54,479 nt of DNA from positions 1,893,542 through 1,948,020 of the forward strand of contig NW_003526941.1 of assembly GCF_000181795.1 (NCBI RefSeq). The letters run 5' to 3'. Shown in pieces: positions 29,537-40,144 of the stretch (position 1 is the first letter of the stretch; each line of letters opens with the position of its first letter). The notes below the pieces were generated by a model. The model was not told the DNA's origin, made no database searches, and saw only the letters and a list, made by a program, of their open reading frames with translations. Both the position numbers and the translations under genes were made by a program. The DNA comes from Trichinella spiralis. Its lineage: Eukaryota.

Positions 29537-31150
29537 ATGAAGTGGAAAATTCCAACTATGAATTGGAATCGGAATGATGCGACGCAGAGGCAAGAGGCAG
29601 ATGCAACGTCGCCGTCGCTGCGTCGGCCTCTTTCCAAAGCGGAAGCTGGACAGGATGTGTTGGAGATGGATGTGGATGAGACAGGCAGTGCGTCGTTGTT
29701 GGACGATGCAGGCGGTGAAGCGGTGTTGGAGTCGGCCGCAGAACAGTCGTTCAAAGTTTACAAGCGGCGTTGGTGGGTTCTGCTGTTGGCCAGCATGTTG
29801 AACGCGTCGAACACGATGTCCTGGATATCGTACGCTCCGGTGGCGAATTTCGTCGATACCTACTACGGCAAGCAGGCGGCGAACTTGCTGAGCATGGTGT
29901 TCATATTCTGGGCGATTCCGGTCGGCTTTTTCGCCATGTGGATGGCCGGTCGGTTTGGCTTGAGGCCGGCTTTCCTGTTGGCCAGTTGGGCGAACTGCAT
30001 CGGCGCGTTGCTTCGACTGACCAGCAACGTGCCGGATGCGGGCCAAGCTGCCCGGTTTGTGATGGTCATGAGCGGTCAGTGCTTCGCCGCCTGCGCTTAT
30101 CCGTTCATCATGTTCATGCCGACGAAGATCGCCGCCGACTGGTTCCCCCACAACCAACGTACTATCGCCAACGTGATCGCTTCGTTGTCCAACCCGTTCG
30201 GTATCATGGTCGCCAACGCCCTGTCCCCTCGGCTGGTCTTGCACACGTCCGACGTGTTGTTGTTGAACATCATCTTGGCCGTACCGGCGGTTGTAGTGTG
30301 TCTGCTGGGCACGACGACGTTGCGCAGCTCCATGCCGCCGACCCCGCCGTCGAAAAGTGCCGCCACCCAATGCTTGGACTTCAAATCCGGACTGGTGCGT
30401 GCTTTTCGTTCCAGGTCCTACGTGGCGTTGTGGTTCGCCCTGGGCATCGGCATGGGCGTATTCAACACTTTGTACACGGTTATGCAGCAACTGCTCTGCT
30501 CCAGAGGCTACGACAACAATTTTGCCGGCCTCTGTTGCGTGCTGATGATCGCGACCGGCATGGTCGGCGCCACGGCGGTCGGCTACTTCGTCGACCGGAC
30601 CAAACTTTTTGAAGAGACAATCAAAGTCAGCTACGCGTTGGCAGTGGTCAGCGGTACGGTGTTCACCCTGTTCAGCTTGCAGTACCACATGCAGTGGGGA
30701 ATTGTGATCGGATGCGTTTGTTTCGGCTTTTTCGGTCTGGCCGCCTACCCGCTCGGCTTCGAAATGGCCGCCGAATGCACGTTTCCAGTGGCCGAGTCGA
30801 CCAGTGCCGGATTGGTCACTTTTTCCGGACAATTGCACAGCGTAATTTTCATCGCCCTCGTCCAAGCTCTGGGCAGACCGTTGTCCGGCCCCGCGTTGCA
30901 GTACCAAGTCTGCACCGCCTTGCCCGACGTCAATACCGAAGCCTACGATCTGACTGTGCCGATGCTGGTGATGGTCGCTTGTTCGTCCATTGTCGCCTGC
31001 TTGTTCGTTCTCAGCTTCAGGCCGAAATACCGCCGGCAGCGTTTGGACAACAAGCACCATCACGACAATAACCACCCTGCCAAGGCGAAAAAATCCACCA
31101 ACCAGGAAGGTATTCTAGAAATTCGAACTGTCTTCATCGACGGACAATGA
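29537..31150 (+). CDS. MFS transporter, SLC49/FLVCR family (MFSD7/SLC49A3-like), single exon
   Basis: 537-aa uninterrupted ORF with about 12 hydrophobic helices. SLC49 signatures FKVYKRRWWVL, SWISYAPV, MPTKIAADWFP..QRTIAN, PPTPPS and GFEMAAECTFPVAESTSAG. Start could be 29537 or 29558. Confidence 0.95.
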   Translation: MKWKIPTMNWNRNDATQRQEADATSPSLRRPLSKAEAGQDVLEMDVDETGSASLLDDAGGEAVLESAAEQSFKVYKRRWWVLLLASMLNASNTMSWISYAPVANFVDTYYGKQAANLLSMVFIFWAIPVGFFAMWMAGRFGLRPAFLLASWANCIGALLRLTSNVPDAGQAARFVMVMSGQCFAACAYPFIMFMPTKIAADWFPHNQRTIANVIASLSNPFGIMVANALSPRLVLHTSDVLLLNIILAVPAVVVCLLGTTTLRSSMPPTPPSKSAATQCLDFKSGLVRAFRSRSYVALWFALGIGMGVFNTLYTVMQQLLCSRGYDNNFAGLCCVLMIATGMVGATAVGYFVDRTKLFEETIKVSYALAVVSGTVFTLFSLQYHMQWGIVIGCVCFGFFGLAAYPLGFEMAAECTFPVAESTSAGLVTFSGQLHSVIFIALVQALGRPLSGPALQYQVCTALPDVNTEAYDLTVPMLVMVACSSIVACLFVLSFRPKYRRQRLDNKHHHDNNHPAKAKKSTNQEGILEIRTVFIDGQ

Positions 31151-31812
31151 CGCATCCTTTTTTTCTTTTCTTTGTTTTTTTTGAAAAATACAAGTAAGTA
31201 TGCAAGCTTTACTTTGACATGCATGATCTTTTTCTGTTTTATTCTTATAATTTCATCTTTCACTGGTTCACTTTTTCTTACAAATTAAACACAACATTTC
31301 CACTTATTATTTATTACTGTTATTGTAATATTTTCATTTGCATGAAAAGAAAACTTGGAATATTTTCCAACTTCACCTGCTTCAGCATGCATCCTTGTGA
31401 ATATGTGTTTATTTACGATTTATTCAGCATTGGAAAATGTATTGCAATGACAGAGAAATATGCATGCAAAAGTGGTGAATGAAATTCCACGTTGAAAATA
31501 CCTTTTGACTTTTCTTCAGTAATCAATTTTTCATTTCAACTCTGAATGACGTATATTGTTAGGTAGGTTTTTCTTGTCTGATTCTCGGCAGTTTTATGGG
31601 ATTTTTGAAAAATCACAGCTAACTTTATAATATACTATTCACCAAGTACTATTTATTCACTTACTCAGCATCTCTCCACGTTTTTTTGCTCCCTCTGTTG
31701 CTCACTGTTATTTTAATGATCTATTGGTCTTTCATCTTTGTTTTCCTGGAAATAATTTTATCACCCAAATAAATGAACACCAACTGAATTATTTATTTCC
31801 AACAATGCCCTC

Positions 31813-31839
31813 ATATATATATATATATATATATATATA
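31813..31839. repeat. (AT)n microsatellite
   Basis: Uninterrupted atatat run. Confidence 0.95.
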
Positions 31840-32727
31840 GCATGAATTTGTATTCATTTGTCAAAATTCAGAAGCAATTTCAATCCTTTCTCAAAAGTAT
31901 GCCTGTTGAATTATATCAAAATAAAAATTTCCGAATATTTAAATATTTCTTAATGAATTTTTTTGTGAAAAATCTACATCCGCTTTATTACGGAGCTTTG
32001 TTTTTTTTGTTAATTACTTGTAAAATAGGAATTGAAAAATTTAGCAATTGCAAGTTTAATTTAATTAATTCAGAAATTAGATAACTAGCAATATTCATAT
32101 CAATCATCCAGTGTTCGGAATATTTGCCGTTCAAGATTCCTCTTTATTTATTACTTTTTGACAGGCCCGTTTGTCTTCATTTTTCAATTTTCAAACGTAA
32201 TATTTTCAACACTTACGTCGGTCGATCAAGCATGCTTAACATGCTGTGCTGTGCTGTGCTGTGCTTGGTTCTCGGAACTAGTGAAAATTTATTTCATCAC
32301 ACTAATTATCTGTTTCAACACAACTGGCTGGCGGCTATCTTTCATGGATACGAGCCAGATAGAGAGAGGCTGCCAGCAATGGGAAATTTTCGCATTTCGG
32401 TTTCTGTTATATGTTGAATAAGTAATTTTCCAGCCAAGCTTGAGAAAGGAAACGCTTACATCAACGACAGCCGCCTCTTCGACAACGTGCTATAGATTGA
32501 AGAGAGAAAGAGGAAATACGCACGCACCACATAAATATACATATACACACATACACGCACAAACGCACAGCAGCAGCTAACCAAGCTCCCTCCGCTGATT
32601 GTCGTTCTACTATTACTTTTCAGTTTATCCACTCAGTGCAGTGATTGTTTCCAGTGGTTTTTGGATTGAAATTTCACCCATGCCAACAACAAACTTTGGT
32701 TAGCATGTCCAAATTTGAAAAACAATC

Positions 32728-34339
32728 ATGACGTTATTATTGGTGTTCTTACTGCTGTTATTATTGACTACCCGTTGGCTAGCATTTCACAATTTAATAA
32801 CCTTTGGGAAAAAATATCTCCTTATTATCACTTTCCTTTCGTTTTTTTCTCTTATCAATGCACAACATTTTGACGGCTATCATACTGTGCGCGTTGAGCA
32901 AGGTTTTATCAAAGGACGCCTTTGGAAAATTGACGGCAGGCAAGTACAAGTGTTCCTCGGCGTTCCATTTGCTGAACCACCGGTTGGTATTTATCGTTTT
33001 CAAGTAAGTTTTATTTATTTATTTATTTATCTATCTATCTATATGCATACATATATATATATATATATCTGTTTTTTCTTTTTGTTTTCTTCTTCAATCT
33101 TTAACTGTGCTGAATGAATTTAGAGAAAAATTATGCCACTATAAATGAAGATGTATATAATTCTTTCCGAGAAAAGCTGAAATTCTTTTCATATCCCACA
33201 TATTCATTGTTTTAATTATGTATATTTTTTTCTGAACTTCAAATTTTAGTATCAATTTTTTCATTACATATTATCTTATAATACATGTCTGTTAAATTTG
33301 TAAACGAGTAATAATATATTTAGAAACCACTGAAAAAGCAACCTTGGGAAGGAGATCATACAGCATATGAATACGGCCCACCTTGCATACAATTTATGGA
33401 TTTTCATGAACACGATCGTTTCTCTGGTCAAAATATGAAGCGTCAACGAGAAGACTGCTTATATTTGAATATATTTTCACCTTATGTGAGTTGAATTTTC
33501 AGCTGTGTATACTTGATTGCGCGCTCGATTTTTGAAATATTTGTTGAATCGTTTGCAACTGTTCACAGTGCGTTATTTTTAAGGACTCTGATCCTGAGAT
33601 GCTTTATCCGGTTATTGTATGGATACACGGAGGCTCATTTTTAGCCGGTTCAAGTGACAGTGGAATTGACATGACGGTGACAATAAAGAATTTAATTCTG
33701 AGAAATGTCACTTTGGTCACGCTCAATTATCGCTTAGGACCGCTTGGTAAGTCGATTTGCAAATATTCACTCAGCGTTTTTAATTAATTCAAATTCAACT
33801 TATGTTTACAATAAATGATGTAAAAAGAAGTTTTTTTTGTTTAAAATTCAAAAATATTTGGTAGAAATGCTTTTTTTTCATTAATTGCATAGTATTTTAC
33901 ATTTGTTTTATAATATGTTGTCTAATAATATTATTTGCATGCAATGCGCGGCAATAGTGTGTATTTATTTACATGAATTATGTGTTTTCTTTAGGATTTT
34001 TATCTACTTCACTACCAGATGCTAAGGGCAACTTTGGTATATGGGATCAAATCGAAGCTCTGAAATGGATACAGGCTAACATACGTGAATTTAAAGGTGA
34101 TCCAAACTCTGTAACTGTGATGGGAGAAAGTGCCGGTGGTTCCAGCGCCTCACTTCTTGCTTTAACACCAGCTGCAGAAGGTAATGTATTTTCAAATTAT
34201 TTTCTGTAAATGATAATAATACTTATTTTTAATCTGGGTATTTTTTATGAATAAAAGGTACGTTGTAATAATAGTGTAAAGTAATTTTATTAGCAATTAT
34301 GCTGAGGCAGTCGCAACAGTTGTTATTATTTTTTTAAGT

Positions 34340-34392
<53 letters not shown>

Positions 34393-36299
34393 GTATATAT
34401 CTAGGTCTGCTACATCGGGCTGTTTTAATGAGTGGTTCAATCGCAGCTGGATGGGCGGTAAAACGTATTGGTGAATCGAATTGGAATATTGAAAATTTGT
34501 ATAAGTATTTAACTTGTCGGAATAAAATTAACTCTGAAGAATCTTTGTCACATGTCGAACCAGTGCACCAAGATTATGAATGCAATTATATGAAGCAGCC
34601 ACTGCATTGCGATGCTGCTGATTCGGAAAGGGATATTTTCGAGTGCTTGCAGTTGAAAGCAGACTTCTCCAACTCTTTAATGCGCAAAGCTTTCACCTAC
34701 GAGGTAATTAGCGAAATTTTCTCACTGGAAACATTTTTAACAATGTGTAGCTTCCGTGTCAATATTGAGCATAAATTTAGTAAAGAAAACACTTTACTAG
34801 CAAAATGCAAATTTTCAGTGAAAATTGTATTTCATAGGTATTTTCAAATTCTTTTTTTAAAATTAGTTTTCCTACGTCAAAATCTAGTTCAGATGACGTA
34901 AATTTTTTAAATCATGATCATCAATCGTTTGATTATTAATTGTTATTCCTATGTGCATATTTTGTTTTTTAAGTTTGGTCTTGGGCAAATTTTAATAGAT
35001 GGTGAAATAATTCCATCCAGTTTGAATCATCTGCTTGCTAATTATTCACGTGTTCCAATACTTATTGGAACGGCTGAATTGGAATGGGCGCACAAAAAAG
35101 GTAATAATAATCCATTTTAGTTTTTTGGAAAGATTTTTTTAAAAAAAATATTAAAATATAATTTATTTTTTTTAAATGTTATTTGTCTATTTCAAGCTAT
35201 ATTTTATGGCTTCAAATCTTATACTACTGTAAACGAACGCATGGCAAAAGAAAAAGCTCAGCTTGTTGTCCAGCAGAGTTTGTTACCGTATTTGGATACG
35301 TTTGTTTGCAATGACACGTTGAAATTGATGGCACAGGTTGCTTTGCACAATTATCTTATTTGGAATAGCAGTGGTCCGACGTGGGAAATGACTGAATTTG
35401 TCGAAAGTCTTCAAAAGGTATGTGCTTTTGAGAATTTTAAAATCCCTTTCATTTTCATTCACTTTGTCGAATTATATATCCAATGCAGATGGAATCTGAC
35501 ATTGAATTCACTGCACCTATGGTAAAAGAAATAGATTCCTATTTGCAAAACAACCAATCTGTATATCTTTATTCTTTTGAATATTTACCTTCAAAAGATT
35601 TGATAGAAGAAGAATGGGTTGATGTGAATTTGTTCGGTTTGAAGCGTAAAGTACGAACTGAACGAAAACTACCAATAAAATGTAAAATCGAAATAATCGA
35701 AATAAAATTGGCTTGTTTGAATGAAAATTATTTCAGATGCTTTCCATGGATTGGATCATGCTTTTATTTTCACCGAAGGTTACAGTAGCAATATATTCTT
35801 TCCTTACGGAGAAACTGAACGCCAAATTTCTGACGCATTGTGTCAGTTTTTGGCCAATTTTGCAAAATTCGGGTAAATTGAATACCAGTGAATGAACAAA
35901 GGAGAATTGAATGATTTTTGTTTCAGAAATCCCACTGTCCAACCGGTACATGGTATTTTTTGGCCAGTGGTGAATGAAGATCATTCGAATTATATGAAAT
36001 TTGCTTGGCCATTGGAGATGGTTGAAAACAATGCACGTTGGTCGAAGGCAAGCTTCTGGAACGACTTGATGTCTGAAATTGCCACCTTTGCTGCCGAAAA
36101 TGGTATGGGTCGAGAATTTCCATTTACAAACGAAGAACAGTTGCAGTTGGCTGCTTTTCGTCGAGCTTGGTGGGCTTTATGGGTTCTGGTCGCTGCGATC
36201 GCTTTTCTCCTCTGGATCATTATCATTTGTTTGGTCACGCAGAAATGTCTCGACGTGCGTAGTCGACATTACAAAAATATAATTGTTGCCAATGTGTGA
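32728..36299 (+). CDS. Type-B carboxylesterase (cholinesterase/neuroligin superfamily) with C-terminal TM anchor
   Basis: Motifs FLGVPFAEPPVG, EDCLYLNIFSP, PVIVWIHGGSF, NYRLGPLGFL, GNFGIWDQ, VTVMGESAGG, AVLMSGS, GTAELEW, FHGLDH and FAKFGNP. TM AWWALWVLVAAIAFLLWIIIICLV, then a short tail ending IVANV*. About 10 exons. Confidence 0.93.
34342..34400. repeat. (TA)n/(TATG)n microsatellite next to an esterase splice acceptor
   Basis: tatata...tatgtatgtatgtatatat directly before ctag|GT at about 34404. Confidence 0.95.
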
Positions 36300-37241
36300 A
36301 AATTTGTTTCTTAAATCAAGCACATTCCCTTTCTGTTTTACCTTTTTCTTATTCACACATTTTTGTGGATTATTTTTATTTGTTCAATTTTTTGAACAAT
36401 GCTTGATCCGGAACAACTGCCATTTCTTCTTCATCTTCACTGATATGCGATTAAAGAATTTAGAAAATTAGCAAGTTAGCAGCACTTGGAAGTGGATTTG
36501 AACTGAAGAAGTAAATTTGCATTTTTTTTCAATTCTGTAATTATGATAAATAAGGTAACTGCTCGTTGAATCCGAAATTTTATTCAATTTTTCTTATTTT
36601 CATTTCTGAAACGGTACCAAACTTTTACTACGTGGCCTTCTTTTACTGCAGCAATAAACATTCATTTTTCTACAGTATTAACTGAAATAATCATACTTGA
36701 AAATCAAATAGTATAGTATTCAGGTTGTAATTTTTTTTCCACTTTTAAGTGTTCACTTCAAAAGACGATCAATTGTAAACTCATACAAATTAAGCTTGCA
36801 GTTTTTGCGATTGAAAATTATCTGATGCATGATTTTCTTCGTATTTTTTTAAAGGTAAGCTAACTTTAGTCACTTATTTTTTCCTAACAACTGTACGCTT
36901 ATAATAATATGCTTATGGTATTAGTCAGTTTTCTTGTTGAATGACCTATTGCAGATTTTTCACTTCGATCAGTGAAATATCACGTGAAACATTTCTAAAG
37001 CAATAAGTTTCATGTATGAACATGTGAATGCAAACATAAATGTGATCAAGAATTGAACAGGAACGTTTTTAAAAAAATTTACGTAGAAACAATCACATAA
37101 CAAGTTTCAAAATAGTCAAAATATGATAAAACTATTTACATCAAACCGACAGTGGGTACATTCCATTCACTAGCAAATCTACTGCTGACTAGACTAAAAA
37201 TTTGAAGTCCAGCTTCTCATTATAAAAATGTACTGTGGAAG

Positions 37242-38939
37242 TTACACGTTATCTTCATCGGCTATATTTGTTTTTGGCAATTTTTCACTTGCATCATTCG
37301 TGCACAACATACTAGTAGAAACTTCTTCTGCATCTGGCAACGGATGGTCGAGTATGTTATCGTAAATCCCATAGCTAGCTGAGGGGCCTGCAGCATTTCC
37401 GTCACCACAGTTGTTGTTCTCTTCACCGAATTCTTGAACTTTCAGCACCAACACATTGGTACCATCTTGGAACGACATTGAATAAAACGAAAATCAGCTG
37501 CGATTTGGAAACAATAAAAGTGATGAAAGCAATACCTCGATTTTCGCTGGTTAAAATTGCAGCATTGAATTCTGACGAATCAGGCGTATTAACACGAATA
37601 CACGCACGATGCTGCACATCTGATGATGAAGGAAGCTAAAATAACTGCGGTAGAGAAGAAAGAAAACAGAATGTCATACCGTCTCATAGCACTGGTCGCT
37701 AGGTTCGTTGATAGAGGAATAATAGTGAAGGCTAGAATCCGAAATTGACGAATACACATGACGATGTGCGTCCATTTCCAAACGACGACGAACAATTTCC
37801 AACGGTTCTCTGATGGACAAATATCTGTAATTTGAAGACTGATCATCCGTGCTGGCAGAGCTACCACTTCTAGTAGCTTTCACGTCCACGCTTGCACCGT
37901 TTCCATTATTATATTTATTTTGAAAAGAAGGGAACGGTGGTCCGTAATCTTCCAACTCAACTACACTCGGTTCTGAATGAGGCATTCTTCTACCACTGAC
38001 GCAAACAACGCTGCCGGTGCAGATTTTCCCCTTTTCAATCACAGCGTACAGCGGTTCCGATTCGTCGGAACGTCGCCTTGCCAACTTTGCCCGGTAAAAC
38101 GGTGCACACTGGTGATTGTTGTCAACGCCATGCTGTGCACTACCAAGCTTATTGATCACGGCGTATAGTTCAGACACGTCACGCTGTAAATTTGGACAAG
38201 TCTGCATCGACGTGCCTTGAAAACAGGGCAAAAACAAATTTCCACCCTTCTCGAACTTTGGATAATCATAAGCACCGTTACGGTTGATCGAAACCAGTGG
38301 CCGACTGTCATAAAAATCACCGTCATCAATATTGTCATAATAAATTTTACCATCCGCCTGCACTTGACAATACAAAGCTTCACCGTTGCGTTCATCACCA
38401 ACTTCAGAAACGCCGGCATAAACTGGCGTGTCGTCTGACGTTGATTTCCACTGCGTCTTGTTGGACAAGTCAGTGTAGACTTCAGAATCGCATCCTCTAT
38501 CAGAAATCGGAAATGGCGGCAATGCTCTGTTTAAGGTAAACAGTGTCGCATCGCCTGATGCTCGTTTTTTTTTCATTGTCTCATTTAAGCCGCTGCTGCA
38601 CTGCACGCCGACCAGACCACCGTCATTTGCCGGGTCCGGCTAAAGAAATCCATTCATCACGAGTGGGGAAAATGTTGAAAATATAATAAAATAAAATTAT
38701 ACCTCTTTGCAGTCTGCCGTATCGTTTGGAATCCCATTTTTCTCTTTGTACAGTCTGTACAAGAAGAAAACACTTTGAAACAGGTAAGAAAAGTTTTAAT
38801 TTTGAACGTTTGCTAACCTTTTCTGGCTACGGCCACTGCATCCCAAGCATGTCAGGGTAAATAAAATTACAATCATCACAGATGATCCGCACAGTAATGC
38901 ATGGAGGTAGAGCTGATCATCAGCGGGAAATACGAGCAT
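37242..38939 (-). CDS. Orphan type III single-pass membrane protein with juxtamembrane CxxC and a Tyr-motif-rich cytoplasmic tail (PAG1/Cbp-like architecture)
   Basis: Five phase-consistent GT-AG exons: 38939-38818, 38754-38703, 38639-37680, 37635-37536 and 37465-37242. Translation MLVFPADDQLYLHALLCGSSVMIVILFTLTCLGCSGRSQKR... then many Yxx[VIL] motifs, ending EDNV*. The gene model is solid; the function is inferred. Confidence 0.8.
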
Positions 38940-40144
38940 GTAACTTTGATTGCAGCCAGTTCTGAGCTATTTAAATAGACGCTAACTTTACCGAAGGGTA
39001 CTGTAAGTTTACTGTAACAAAATAAGGTTAAAAGTAGTAGAAGTATTTAATTGGAGCTTTATAATTCGAGTTAATATTGCAAATTTTACTGGTGATATTT
39101 TTAAATTTGTTATGTAATGTTGATAAATTATTTATTAAAAATTATGAAGTGAAATTGCAAAATGAATGTTATTTCTTGTACTGCTTTCTATGGGAAAAAG
39201 CCGTGTCTGTTATATTGAAATGATTTGGGAAAGCAGTCCGACATTTTTTTTTAGTAATTTACATATATTTACGTACATTCTACATTAATTTGCATAATAC
39301 GGATGCTTTCCTGGTGAATAACCGTTTATGCATTGCAGTAAAATTTATATGATTTATGTTTCAAGTGATGGGTGAAATGCATGGCCCAGTTTTAATGAAT
39401 TATTTCAATAAAAATAAAGTTTTTTCACCGCATGATAACGTGATAAAATAATCTCTGTGCCTAACGAGTATGAGCAGCTACGAAGCGATTCATTATTCCA
39501 GAACAACACTGATATTTTATCAGGATATGAAAGATGAAAATCGTGGAAACAAAAGTTCTAAAATCCATCAATTCTGTAATCATATAATATATAAATGCAA
39601 AGGCAAAAACTGAAAGCGAATGTAACTGTTTTTGTCAAAGTTTGATAATATGATAATATTTATCATTGAAAGCAAACATTATTGCGCATGTCACATTTGC
39701 ATCCGGTATAATAAAACTAGCCTGTGCATTATTTCGGTCAATGAGCACGGTTATAAACATGTGCGGCATTTAGAGCACACGTAAATGCTTTTATGAAGAA
39801 ACACCCCACGATTCATCAAAATGCCAATGTATGCATATTATGCCGAACGAAAAACGGGGATAAATTAAGCCTGGCATTTGACTATTGAAAGGAGATAAAC
39901 AGAGTGAAAAGTTCTTCAAAAATACAGTCTGTTCAAAGTACCCAAGTTAGTTTTTTTATTATTAATTATAATAAATATGATGTTCAAATATTAAGCTATA
40001 ATTTTTGTGTAAAGTATGGCTGAAAAGAATTTTGTTATTAGCCTTCTCCATAATATTTATTGAACTTGTGAATCGTTTGAATACAGTAGGCTGTCTGTCA
40101 GTAACTGCATCCGATCAGTCGGCAACATTGATAAGTTATTCGAC

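Noticed and set aside
29411..31075. 554-aa antisense ORF and 280-aa alternative-frame ORF over the MFS gene
   Set aside because: Expected shadow of a GC-rich CDS that rarely uses TTA/CTA/TCA codons. The translations resemble no protein family.
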